A stretch of 63,379 nt of DNA, filler included, from Octopus bimaculoides (lineage: Eukaryota), in assembly GCF_001194135.2 (NCBI RefSeq). It is 5 parts of 5 records of this genome, joined end to end, with 100 filler letters (N's around TTAATTAATTAA, not from the genome) between each part and the next. Parts side by side here need not be neighbours in the genome. Positions count along the whole stretch, not along the records: positions 42,948 to 61,346 come from NC_068985.1; positions 61,447 to 63,379 come from NW_026340210.1; 3 more parts are not named here. One strand, written 5' to 3'. The translations under genes and the position numbers were made by a program. This document shows, piece by piece, positions 52,135-63,379 of the stretch (position 1 is the first letter of the stretch; each line of letters starts with the position of its first letter). The notes beneath the pieces were generated by a model. The model was not told the DNA's origin, made no database searches, and was given only the letters and a program-made list of their open reading frames with translations.

Positions 52135-52315
52135 TTTCCATCGTTCGATGGATGAGTTTTCACTTGTTCAGTCAACTGAATTACCTGCTTCTGAATTAAC
52201 ATGTATGTATCCGAGAACTCCATAGACATGCCGACCTTTCAATTAATTCCCTGGCAGAATCGGCATGACATAGTGTATGTGACAAAGCTGTACATTTTAA
52301 ATTACAAGCACAAAC
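52135..52315 (-). mobile_element. Degenerate SINE tail (family D); a second fragment lies at about 52505-52575
   Basis: ttgttca(g/a)tcaactgaattacctgct(t/c)ctgaattaac occurs at both loci. Confidence 0.5.
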
Positions 52316-52329
52316 CACTAAACGGAATT

Positions 52330-52485
52330 TTATTCAGTTTCCGTCTACTCAATTTTATTCACAAAGTATCGGTATAGCCGAGGCTATAGGAAATGATGTC
52401 TACCCAAGGTTTCACGCAATGGAATCGAAGCCAATACCTCGTGGCTGGAAAGTAAACTCATTAACAAATCGGCCATACTGAGCCT
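52330..52485 (-). mobile_element. SINE family A 5' half
   Basis: ttcagtttccgtctac..gccgaggctatag..cccaaggt is the reverse complement of the family A head and core. Confidence 0.8.
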
Positions 52486-52579
52486 ACACAAGCTTTGTAT
52501 TAGTTTATGGATCTCCGTGATTCGACGATGCGAGTTCATTTGTTCAATCAACTGAATTACCTGCTCCTGAATTAACCTT

Positions 52580-52650
52580 GTAGAGGGGATTCGAACCCTA
52601 ACCGCTAGATACTCGGTTAGGCACCAATAGTGACCACCACAGTTTCACGT
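52580..52650 (-). mobile_element. tRNA-derived head
   Basis: Reverse complement contains a perfect B-box gttcgaatccc; no complete cloverleaf. Confidence 0.5.
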
Positions 52651-53244
52651 GGTTGATTTATAAACCAACCAACCAATCAGCGTAAAGCTGTGATGTGATA
52701 TGATTTGCTCGAATGTTCTAGAATTTACCCTCTTGTCGTCCCATATAAACCGACTAGCGCCGAATTCACCAGACAAAGTGTTGAGAGCGACGGACTGATT
52801 CTCACGCTTCATCTTGTAGAGAACGACCGTGCGAACCAAAGGAGATGGCGACGAACAGGAACAGGCTCCTTTTAATGCGTCGCACGGTCGCTACAAAACA
52901 TGTTATATAACATCAGAGGGCTCGCATGTGAGATGCGAGCAATTGCCAGCAAGGAAAGAGAGAGACACAACCGTTAGATATATATAGANNNNNNNNNNNN
53001 NNNNNNNNNNNNNNNNNNNNNNNNNNNNNNNNNNNNNNNNNNNNNNNNNNNNNNNNNNNNNNNNNNNNNNNNNNNNNNNNNNNNNNNNNNNNNNNNNNNN
53101 NNNNNNNNNNNNNNNNNNNNNNNNNNNNNNNNNNNNNNNNNNNNNNNNNNNNNNNNNNNNNNNNNNNNNNNNNNNNNNNNNNNNNNNNNNNNNNNNNNNN
53201 NNNNNNNNNNNNNNNNNNNNNNNNNNNNNNNNNNNNNNNNNNNN

Positions 53245-53900
53245 TGAGAAATACAGAGCATGGAATAAGAGTCTGTAACATAGACTATAAGAGTTCTGAA
53301 AACAAAGATAGAGAAATACCAGTTCATAGAAGAGTTACACAGTAGGTAGAATGTCTGTACACAAGAGGTCGTGGCCGAATAGCAGAGCTGAGGTGTCACA
53401 TGTTGTGTGTGAAGTGCGACCGGTTACTTGAATACAGAAGATTCTCGCAGGTTGTTCTGGCTGTTATTTTCGCGGTGGAAACAATCCACACAAACAGTGT
53501 TGAGAAGGATCCGCGGTTGCTGTTGGTAGCGTGTACTCTGGTGGTGGTGTTGGTGCTGGCGACGACATTGTAGTAGACAGTAGATCGGTGGTGTTGACGT
53601 CGTCGCTGGAAACTGGCTGGAGCTGTGTTCTGTGTGGTCTACGACCAGACCTGAAAAGGTCTGAGGTCGCGACAAACTGACGTAGATGAAGCAGAGCTAT
53701 TTATAGGTAAAAAGGGGCTCCAGAAACAGCAGAAAAACACTCTCTCGCGTGACCTTAACAGAAGGCCATGATTGGTTGATGTTCACCCTGGCGCGAAACA
53801 GAACTGGAGACAAATGCCGCGCAAGTAAGAGCCAATCAGGGTGATGGACACAACAGGGTCCAAGCGGCCGAAGGCTAGATGTTAGCCGCTACGTTATCAT
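53245..53900 (-). mobile_element. LTR-like, CpG-rich segment (possible solo LTR, partly hidden by a gap)
   Basis: The minus strand starts tgataacg at 53900 and contains a complete Pol II promoter. The second terminus and TSD were not found. Confidence 0.35.
53675..53837 (-). promoter_or_regulatory. Pol II core promoter: two CCAAT boxes, TATA box and initiator
   Basis: ccaatc at 53832-53837 (+) and 53770-53775 (-); TATAAAT starting 53705 (-); Inr TCAGTT with A at 53678, 27 nt downstream. Confidence 0.6.
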
Positions 53901-54654
53901 TTGTAAATAAATACCAGAGAGAGAGGTTTCACTACAATCTATTACCACGCAGACGACCTCTGGTATTCAAGCAGGCAGCTTCGGACTTTTGCGCAGAGGA
54001 CTCATTACTCGGACAAACCGATTCTGAACATTCCCACAATGTCCAATAAGTAGCTTCTACGGAGCCAGCGCAGTTTTTATCACCTCCCAGTCGGCATTAT
54101 TAATATTTTTCACTGCATACCAAATACATTTATGTCCGATAATAAACAGTAAAGTTAAAGGTCGTAAGTTTGTTTCAGTTATTCTACACGCAGCTTTCTC
54201 TCAACAACAAAAAAAACTCCAGCAACGATACGATCTCTGCAACACAAGCAACCACGCCACGACAACGTGTTTGTGGCCGAATATTCCGAGCTTCAATGAG
54301 CTTCTGGATAGTTTCCGGCTACAAAATTTTACTCATAAGGCATGGCTCAACACGAAAATATATACTAAAAAAAAATGAACATCTGCCCAAGATGCAATGC
54401 AGTAAGTTGGAACCTGGGACCTCGTGGTTGTGAAACGAATTTCTTCGTCATTTAGCAACACTGTATCAACACTCACCATTTTACACTCACCAAAACCAAT
54501 CTTTGTTATATTGTATTTCATTGCGTTTCTTACTTGTGTTTTCTTCATTCATTTAACACCTTCTCATTGTTGATTTCATTAAGAGTCGAGAGACCTTTTA
54601 CTCTATTCTTTCTTATTCTGTACATTTGTTTACCACCCTTTTTAATTATGTTGT

Positions 54655-55060
54655 CCCTGTCTTTTATCTTTTATTTGTTTGTCATTGGACTGCGGCAATG
54701 ATAGGGTACCGCCTTGAAGGGTTTAGGGCTTAGTCGAACAAATCGACCTCAATACTTTTTTAAGTCTCGTACTAATTCTATTGGTCTCTTTTACCAAAGA
54801 GCAAAGTTACGAGGACATAAACGAACCAGCACCGGTTGTCAAGCGATGCGAGATAGACAAACACGAAAACATATACACATACACATGCAAAGACACACAC
54901 ATACGACAGTTTCTGTTAACAAAATTCTTTCACAAGACATTGGTCTGTCCGGGTCTTTATAGTAGAAGACACTTGCCCAAGATGCAGCCCAACAGGACTG
55001 AAACCGGAGCCACATGACTGCAAATAGAATTTATAAACCACACAGCTATGCCTGCGCTTA
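54655..55060 (-). mobile_element. SINE family A, full length, degenerate
   Basis: Reverse complement of the whole family A structure, including atagtagaagacacttgcccaag and accacacagctatgcctgcgc. Confidence 0.88.
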
Positions 55061-55989
55061 TATCAGTAAAACTAAGGAAATGCCCAGTTTTCTTTGTAAC
55101 TGCTTTAACTGCCACACATGTTTTGTTGATTCTGGTGATATTGATATCTGAATTTGTTTGCACCAAATAATGATGACCAGGTGTACATTTAATTGTTGTC
55201 ACCGTTATTTTATCGTTATCTTTGGGAGGTGGTTGTTGTTGTGGTGGTGGTGGTGGTAGATGGCTTTTGTTGGTCCAGTGAAAAATCTATTGATTTTAAG
55301 TTTTTAACTCTCCCCATCTTTATATTATTGTCACAATCAGAATTTCTATCTTTAGAATTCTCTATTCTTAAATTATTCTCTTTTATCTTTTCCTTTTATT
55401 CATATTTTCGTTTGAGCTTTTCTAGTTTGGCTTCTGTTGACCAGTATTCAGGAGATATTCTAGAGTTTTATTTTATTGCGCTTTGTTATTTAGTTTTGCT
55501 TGTTATGTATGCGTTTGGTATATTTTCGTGATTTTACATTCCCAATGTTTATAATTCGAATGCTTTTATTCCTGTTACTTGCATTTTCGTTATTTACTTA
55601 TTTATGTTTTATTTTTGTTATCTGTTGCTTGTATTTTCGTAATGTATTCTTTCTTTAATGTGTTCTATTTCTATACATGCTATAGGTTTTGTTTTGAGAA
55701 TGTCTTCTTAAATTAGCTAGTCTTTTGGGATCCAAAATTACTTTTAGGTGAAGATTATTCTCTTTCTAAATGTTATATTCATGTCCGTATATTGCACTTG
55801 TTTCGTTTTGTGGGTAGAATATAACTGTACAAAAGACATGTAGTGCAGCAGCGTATTCTCCTTGTCTCTATTAATATTTTTCTGGTTTAGCGAAGAACAA
55901 ATTTTGGCCCTTTATTTAGATAATTATAATTTTCATAGCAAACCAGTTTATTTGCTTCTGTCTTTTTCTTTTTATTCTTTGTTAGTTTT

Positions 55990-56350
55990 ACAGGGTGGGA
56001 TAGTACCCGTGGTCTTCACTGGTACAGTTATTAGCAAAGTCTATTGTGAATATTGAACTGTCTGTTTCCTCTGCTTGAGTGATGAAGGAAGTTATGTAAC
56101 GTGGGTACGAGGATATATCTTTTCTTCTATGGCCGAGCCTCCACCAAGTTCTTGAAGAGGAATGTGAAGGCTGAGAAAGCGATGCTGTCCTCCAGTAAAT
56201 TTTATGAAAGGTGGTTAAGAGAGGCGAAATTGATGTGGTTGATTGGCCTACCCTCACTATATGGCTGTTAGTCTGCGGCAAGGACTGGGTAAAGGCGTAA
56301 TTCAGGGCTGTGTGTAGAGTATCCTACGTCCTCCTATGTGGTTGACCTCC
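55990..56350 (+). mobile_element. Tx1/L1-clade LINE 3' end
   Basis: LKRNVKAEKAMLSSSKFYERWLREAKL aligns to the 46470 copy; the 3' UTR shares ggttgacc. Confidence 0.6.
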
Positions 56351-56444
56351 AATCTGAAGCTATTTTCTTGTTGTTTCGTATTACTGCTATTTGTTCATAT
56401 CTATTTATTGATTTTTTTTTTTGCTACTTTTACTTGGAACTTTC

Positions 56445-56608
56445 CATCTGGCGTCCGTTTATAATTTTCAAAAGTCCCTGGCCTGGCAACGCTATTGCCC
56501 CGGGTGGCACTTTTGGGTCTGCTGTAGGCAATATGTGTTTTTTATGGGGTCCGAAGGCGGCAAACGAAAGGGTCGCCTCGAGCGGCACACACTCTAGCTA
56601 CGCTAGTG
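56445..56608 (+). mobile_element. hAT-type MITE related to 43593-43763
   Basis: 3' end gagcggcacacactctagctacgctagtg versus gagcggcaatacactctaggtataccactg; the 5' end is uncertain. Confidence 0.55.
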
Positions 56609-56614
56609 CTATTG

Positions 56615-56990
56615 GGGTTCATTGCCTGTTGAAGATAAAGTCTTCGAGCTTGGAAGGGCCGTCAACTGCCCTCCTTCAGCCGAGAAAGACAGGCAGTGGT
56701 GAAACAGACTGAAAGGGCTGAAGACAGACATTTAATTCATTGGTCAAGCCCTCGTCAACTTATTCAGGTTTTACTTAAGAAGGAAATTGACGAAAGAGAG
56801 GAAAGTGTTGCGTTTCAGAAAATTTGTTTAAAGGTGGCTGGGAGTGGCTATTCCAACTGAATGTGCTTGCTCTGAACATGCGGCTATTGAGGATGAAGAA
56901 CAGGGAGAAGGCACTTGCCCTGGTGGTCAAGGTGACTGCGGTTTCCACAAGCAGCCCTCGGAATTTTCCACCCTTTTGTGGAATCATTTC
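56615..56990 (+). mobile_element. Tx1/L1-clade LINE 3' end
   Basis: W*NRLKGLKTDI*FIGQALVNLFRFYLRRKLTKERKVLRFRKFV*RWLG aligns to the 46470 copy. Confidence 0.65.
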
Positions 56991-57282
56991 TTGTTTGAAT
57001 AATTTCTTTCCTTGTTTTTATTAATTTATTGTTTACACGCTTTCATATAACTCCATATTGTATTGCGTCGTATCGTCCTGTACTGTCCTCATTCTTTTTG
57101 TAATCCCTTAGTGGTTAATAAAGNNNNNNNNNNNNNNNNNNNNNNNNNNNNNNNNNNNNNNNNNNNNNNNNNNNNNNNNNNNNNNNNNNNNNNNNNNNNN
57201 NNNNNNNNNNNNNNNNNNNNNNNNNNNNNNNNNNNNNNNNNNNNNNNTCCTCCTCATCATCATCATCATCATCATCATCAAG

Positions 57283-57432
57283 GTAGCGAGCGAGCAGAAT
57301 CGTTAATGAGTCGGACAAAATGCTTAGCGGCATTTCTTCTGACGTTTTACGTTCTGAGTTTAAATTCCACAGAGGTTGACTTTGCTTCTTAATCATTTGG
57401 GGGTCGATAAAATAAGTACCCTTTGAGCACTG
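57283..57432 (+). mobile_element. SINE family B
   Basis: gcgagcgagcagaatcgtta..gttctgagtttaaattcc..ggggtcgataaaataagtacc. Confidence 0.85.
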
Positions 57433-57689
57433 CTGCTCTATTTCTTTTTTCAACCCCAGAAGGATGAGTGAGAAAATTAATAGCGCCAAAGAATCGAAAC
57501 AAATACCGCAAGAGCATCATGTCCGATGCTCGAACAATTGTACCAACCTACCTCCTTGGGGCCGGTACTTTTCTTTGTCTCATTGCTCCCGAAAGAGACT
57601 TGTTCTCTTAATGTAATCCTGAAGTGGAAATAAACTGCTCTTCAAAACTATGAAGCCAGTGCATTGTCTGCTTTCTCTAGTGAACTATA

Positions 57690-57760
57690 TACTACCCAAA
57701 TTCATGAAACTCACGTCTAGATAGAAATGGAAGAGGAGAAGGCATTGTAATACTCAAATT
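57690..57760 (+). pseudogene. Possible relic of a LINE APE endonuclease
   Basis: SRLDRNGRGEGIVIL resembles the R-x-DR...GGG-V motif; a single short motif only. Confidence 0.25.
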
Positions 57761-57918
57761 TATTGAACTCCAGAAATAAATTAGATAATAATTTTAAAAA
57801 AACATACAAAGCTAGAAACTCCCTGCTCAGAACTATAACACCAGATTGAATAATGTTGCAAAAATGATGCAAAACAGGGAAATTATGATATATTTCAATG
57901 ACATTCTCATGCAACACA

Positions 57919-58332
57919 TTAACAAGAGTGTGTTTGACCACCACCTTTCTGAATTACTTCAGAGACACGCGATTTCATGCTCCCAATCAACTTCTGCAGC
58001 AGATCAAATGAAAGCTCTTCCAAGGCCTTCTTTATTGCCGTTTCAAATTCATCAACAGATGAATACTGCTTGCCTTCGCTTTACACAACATTCGTGAGAT
58101 ATCCCCAGGCATTCTCTATAGAATTAAGGTTGGGACTTTTTGCTGGCTATGGCATGACTTCAACCCCAGTTGCAAGGAGGAAATCCAAAGTTGCTTTGCT
58201 TTATGAAGAAGAGCATTGTCTTATTGAAATATGAAGTTCTTGCCATAGTGCCTTCTTCCTTCTTCGTCCAACATATTGATTATCGTATAGCATTGAAACG
58301 GCTATCCATGATGACAGCCACTTAGTTTGTAT

Positions 58333-58428
<96 letters not shown>

Positions 58429-59009
58429 CAGCTTCCCATTGGCAGATATTGCTCCCCACACCATAAAACCTTCTCCGCTGTTCTACCACTTGGAATAAGT
58501 AGAATTTTGAATACATTTATCTGCCCAGTAATACTTATAACTGCCGAGGATATACAAATTCCATTCTTTTCTCATCAGAGAATAGAACCTTGGTTCATTC
58601 ACCACCCTACGTCTGATGCTGCCGAGCAAACTCCAATCTAACAGCTTTGTGAGAAGGGGATAATAACAGACGTCCTAGCCGCCTCTTCAAGTGGCAGTCA
58701 TGATTCAGAATCACTCTTCTTATGGTAGATGTCGAGTCTCCTACTCCTGCTGATGCCTTGATTTTGGAAACAGAAGAGCAGCGTGACTTTTTCACAGCTC
58801 TGACAATAGCCCTTTCAGTCCTTTCTGATGTAGCCTTGTGACGTCCACCAGCATGAAACCTGTTGTAGCCGTCAGGATCTTTCAGAAAATTGTCCGCTGG
58901 CGTTGTTTCGCCGAATCTTCTCAGCAATCTTCCGGTTACTCATTCCTTCCACATTCAATGCAAGAATTTTCCCTTGTTCAATTTCGGAAAACTTTGTAGC
59001 TTTAGGCAC
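57919..59009 (-). pseudogene. Tc1-family (Tc3-like) DD34E transposase pseudogene
   Basis: (V)PKATKFSEIEQGKILAL..DNFLKDPDGY; KVLFSDEK; FMVWGAISANG; FQ*DNA..PAKSPNLNSIENAWG, with 34 residues between D and E after a one-base frameshift correction. Confidence 0.92.
58336..58425. repeat. (TG)n microsatellite inside the transposase
   Basis: Direct reading. Confidence 0.97.
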
Positions 59010-59359
59010 ATTGGAAATGCAATCTGGATCTCGGTGTATGCGACGATTGAGTTGAATATTTTCCGAAACAATCTGGAAAGAAATGAAGATGTATTAGGGA
59101 TTTATAGTTTTGAAGTGTTGATAAGTTTTGAAGCGTTGTAATGTGATAATAATGATACAAGGTTTACATTTCAAAGTATTCACGAAATATTCATTTACAA
59201 TATATTATGCCCCTTAATCCACTTAAATACAGAGCTAAATTTCTAAAAAAAATGTTTAAAAAACATGTAGCTTTATAGTTTTGAATAGTAGTTTAGTATG
59301 ACATTATGTGTGACAAAAGTGAGTCTTTGAACTATAGACACAACCAATTTGACAAAATT

Positions 59360-59505
59360 TGGTACGGTTTTCGTCTACTCAATGTCACGCACGAGGCTTG
59401 AGACAGTCGGAGAATACGAAAAATGATACTTGCTCCAGTTGCTTCGCAGTAGGAATGAAATCGGGACACTCATAACTGCGAAGCGAATTTCTTAACCATT
59501 TAGCC
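59360..59505 (-). mobile_element. SINE family A 5' half, degenerate
   Basis: ggttttcgtctac..cgaggctt..gcagtaggaatgaaatcggg..ttaaccatttagccat. Confidence 0.6.
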
Positions 59506-59507
59506 AT

Positions 59508-59541
<34 letters not shown>

Positions 59542-59806
59542 TAATACTAACTAAGCCATACTTCTCCTCTCACCCAATAATACAAGAACAAGAGTTGTAT
59601 TTATGGAGTAATGCGGTATTGCTTCTTGTCAGAAAACAAATATATGGATAGTTTCCACGATAATCATGATCATGATCATCATGATCATCATCATCAGCAT
59701 CATCATCATGTGTTAGTTAAGTTTTTGTGCCAAACAACTGTGTATGTATCTATCCACCCGTCTACACACCCACGCAAACTCCACAAATTATCTATCTATC
59801 TATCTG

Positions 59807-59848
<42 letters not shown>

Positions 59849-60439
59849 ATCTATCTATTTATCATCTATCTATTTATTTATTTATTTGTTTGTTTATCTG
59901 TTTGTCTGTTTATCTTTCTGTCTGTCTGTCTATCTATCTGTCTGCCTGTCTGCATGTCTGTCTGTCTATCTATCTATCGAATTGATCGACCTGTCTGTCT
60001 GTTTATCTCTCTTTCTATTTATCTGCAAATTTTTTTCTCCAAAAATAAGACTCATTATGTAGNNNNNNNNNNNNNNNNNNNNNNNNNNNNNNNNNNNNNN
60101 NNNNNNNNNNNNNNNNNNNNNNNNNNNNNNNNNNNNNNNNNNNNNNNNNNNNNNNNNNNNNNNNNNNNNNNNNNNNNNNNNNNNNNNNNNNNNNNNNNNN
60201 NNNNNNNNNNNNNNNNNNNNNNNNNNNNNNNNNNNNNNNNNNNNNNNNNNNNNNNNNNNNNNNNNNNNNNNNNNNNNNNNNNNNNNNNNNNNNNNNNNNN
60301 AGAGAGAGGGGGGCAGCTTGCGCATTTCTATTTTATTTTCATCTCGGTTCATCCTATTGACTAGAAGCATCAAAATAGCAATCTGCTCTAAGACATTAAT
60401 GATTTTAGATGGAAAAAAAAATAATACAAAGCCAAACAG

Positions 60440-60444
60440 CACGA

Positions 60445-60509
<65 letters not shown>

Positions 60510-61165
60510 GAGGGGGGTAAATAGCTAAGAGGAGAAAGTAAAATTAGAAACAGAGAAATGCATTGAAAGAAGAGAAAGACTAAAGAGACACCAGAAAGTG
60601 AAAGTAGGCTGTAGGTGGGAGAGGAGGTTGGAGAGATGTGAAGAAGAAAGGGATTAGTGAAGGGAAGTAAATAAAGAGAAAATGGAAGGAGAGAGAATTG
60701 CGTGTGAAATGGGAGAGGGTGAGGGAAGAGATGTAGAGGGTGGGAGAAAGAAAAAAGAAGAGAGAGAGAGAAAAGAGAGGGAAAAGATGAGTCGTAGAGG
60801 GAGGCGGAAAGAGAAAGAGATAGAAAGTGGGAGGAAGTGATGAAGAGGGCGAGAGAGAGGGAGAGTAAGAAAACAGAGAAGAGGAAAACAACAGAGAGAA
60901 GAGAGAAGGAGGTGAGAGTCATAGAAGGTGAGAGTCATAGAAGGTGAGAGACTAAGAAGACAGTGAGGGAGATGAGAGAGAGAAGATTAAGAAGAGAGAG
61001 AGAGAGAAGAGAGAGGGAGAAGACGAGTTGTAGAGAAAGGAATAGCTAGAGGGAGGGAGAGATGAAGAGGGTGAGTGAGAGGGAGAGTAAGAAAACAGAG
61101 AGAGAAGAGAGGGAGAGGTTGACGGTGGTGAGAAGAAAGAGAAAATGAAGGGAGAAGAGAGAGAA
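60440..61165. repeat. Polypurine (GA-rich) low-complexity tract
   Basis: Direct reading. Confidence 0.93.
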
Positions 61166-61169
61166 GAAG

Positions 61170-61346
61170 AGAAGAGAGAAAAGAGACAAAAGGGAGAAAA
61201 GAGACAAAAAGGGAGAAAAGAGACAAAAGGGGAGAAAAGAGACAAAAAGGGAGAAAAGAGACAAAAGAGGAGAAAAGAGACAAAAAGGGAGAAAAGAGAC
61301 AAAAAGGGAGAAAAGAGACAAAAAGGGAGAAAAGAGACAAAAGGGG
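61170..61346. repeat. Minisatellite of about 9 copies of a 19-bp unit gagaaaagagacaaaa(a/g)gg, running into a gap
   Basis: gagac recurs at about 19-bp spacing from 61184 to 61334. Confidence 0.93.
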
Positions 61347-62961
61347 NNNNNNNNNNNNNNNNNNNNNNNNNNNNNNNNNNNNNNNNNNNNTTAATTAATT
61401 AANNNNNNNNNNNNNNNNNNNNNNNNNNNNNNNNNNNNNNNNNNNNAATCTCAATCTGTCCTCCATTATTCCCAACTAAAAATGTATACACACATCCAAC
61501 ATGTCACTGCTAACGATCTATGCACTGTAACGATGTTTAAACATATTGGATCATGTTTCTTAATATTCTATACCAAAAATTCCATATGCCATCAACCATA
61601 CAAATAGATCTACTATATATTTATAAAGCAAAATCTTAAAACAAATGATTAAACATTATACATTTATAGACTCCCTTCTATTGTTATTGATCAATATATG
61701 TAACAAATATCATACAGAAACAAAGAATACTGTTTCAGTTGAATACAAACTTTGTAATAAACATTTCAATCAACATCATTCAATTAATTGTGGTATAAGA
61801 CAATAAAGGAAACATTACTGAAAAATACGTGTGGATTATTGTTCAATGTCTTTGTTCTCTTGTTAATACTCTGTGTATTAAATAAATACTATATGTATTA
61901 AATCAGTGAGATTTATTACAAAAATNNNNNNNNNNNNNNNNNNNNNNNNNNNNNNNNNNNNNNNNNNNNNNNNNNNNNNNNNNNNNNNNNNNNNNNNNNN
62001 NNNNNNNNNNNNNNNNNNNNNNNNNNNNNNNNNNNNNNNNNNNNNNNNNNNNNNNNNNNNNNNNNNNNNNNNNNNNNNNNNNNNNNNNNNNNNNNNNNNN
62101 NNNNNNNNNNNNNNNNNNNNNNNNNNNNNNNNNNNNNNNNNNNNNNNNNNNNNNNNNNNNNNNNNNNNNNNNNNNNNNNNNNNNNNNNNNNNNNNNNNNN
62201 NNNNNNNNNNNNNNNNNNNNNNNNNNNNNNNNNNNNNNNNNNNNNNNNNNNNNNNNNNNNNNNNNNNNNNNNNNNNNNNNNNNNNNNNNNNNNNNNNNNN
62301 NNNNNNNNNNNNNNNNNNNNNNNNNNNNNNNNNNNNNNNNNNNNNNNNNNNNNNNNNNNNNNNNNNNNNNNNNNNNNNNNNNNNNNNNNNNNNNNNNNNN
62401 NNNNNNNNNNNNNNNNTTGATTGGTTGAATGATTGTGACAGAAGACCAATGAAGAGGTTCTCTTTTTACATTGATTTGTTTTGAAGAGGCAGAGAAAAAA
62501 GAATCTGGTGTTAATCTTGACTTCCTCCAGGTTAATGCTGATAACTAAATACTATTTTCACTTTATTTTTAGTAAAGTTGTAGAAAACATCAGTGCTTAG
62601 GTTTTAATCAAAATTACCAAATTTTTTAATCACAGAACAATATTTGTTCTGCTTATAACCTTATGTCAGTTTATAGAATTATATTATTTGGAGCTTACAT
62701 TTCAGAATTTCAATAATAATCTGATCATACTGATTTTTCATTTACTAACTTAAAAATATTATAGTAATAAACCTTATTATGAATTACATAAATTATTTCA
62801 ATTAAATATGAAACTCTCCAAATCTATTGAATTACAGAAAATCATATTTAACTGGAGAAATGTTGATGCTTTTTAGCAAACTGTTATTTGGAATCTGCAG
62901 TTTTATATACAGCAAAGAAAACAAAANNNNNNNNNNAAAAATGGGTGTATCACTAAAATCA

Positions 62962-63038
62962 TTAGACATGTTTCACTGGTGTTTCTTCGCTAGAATCTTT
63001 TGATGTTGATGTCTCATTGTTTTTATAAATATTTTGAT
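62962..63038 (-). CDS. Terminal coding exon of an unidentified host gene: (D)QNIYKNNETSTSKDSSEETPVKHV*
   Basis: Acceptor ttttttatcttaattccag; 2 nt plus 25 codons ending in TAA; phase matches the upstream exon. Confidence 0.65.
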
Positions 63039-63347
63039 CTGGAATTAAGATAAAAAATATTTTTTAAGCTATTCATATAATCATGTCTGAATTAAATTGA
63101 TTCCCAAAATTTAAATCGAAAATGATAAAATAAGCAGGTTTTTGAATATGTAACTCTAGAAAATAAATATTGGAAGTGATGAGAAAGCTAAGTTTCAAAG
63201 TGGGAATTCTTACATCAGAAACAGAAATGTAATTAGTAATTTGTACTCATAGACAACTTTGTATCGTTTAGAAATAGTTCTGAAGACAATTATATATTTG
63301 AGACAATATCAAGATAAAAAAAAAAAAGAATCAATGTAGTTACTAAC

Positions 63348-63379
63348 CTGATACTCCTGGTATTTCTTCATAATGTTTC
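63348..63379 (-). CDS. Penultimate coding exon (partial, continues beyond the window): KHYEEIPGVS(D)
   Basis: Donor CAG|GTTAGT in phase 1; G plus AT gives GAT across a 309-bp intron (63039-63347). Confidence 0.65.

Noticed and set aside
62485-62530. Plus-strand micro-exon EAEKKESGVNLDFLQ with a CAG|GTTAAT donor
   Set aside because: No partner exon, and it lies in the probable 3' UTR region of the better-supported minus-strand gene.

Overview
Eukaryotic, AT-rich, microsatellite-saturated draft genomic DNA with many N gaps. The SINE families look like those I recall from Octopus or other coleoid cephalopods (inference from memory, not a search). Almost all of the window is intergenic or intronic. 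Contents: (1) many copies of several tRNA-derived SINE families; (2) decayed autonomous elements, namely R4/Dong-type RLE LINEs sitting in (TAA)n tracts, a Penelope-like RT, RTE, CR1, three Tx1/L1 3' ends, a Tc3-like DD34E transposase, a Tc1/mariner 5' end, hAT MITEs and a Helentron-type HINE; (3) the last two coding exons of an unidentified host gene on the minus strand at the right edge; (4) a CCAAT/TATA/Inr promoter in an LTR-like segment. The most striking unexplained signal is a set of about eight minimal type I hammerhead-ribozyme-like motifs from several unrelated repeat families. Two have intact catalytic cores. Some lie inside foldback palindromes or tandem/terminally redundant 152-256 bp units reminiscent of Penelope pLTRs or retrozymes. 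Several long hairpins (21, 40, 99, about 69 and about 370 bp arms) also occur. No CRISPR array, rRNA or true tRNA gene is supported. Nearly all ORFs in the supplied track are microsatellite or N-gap artefacts.
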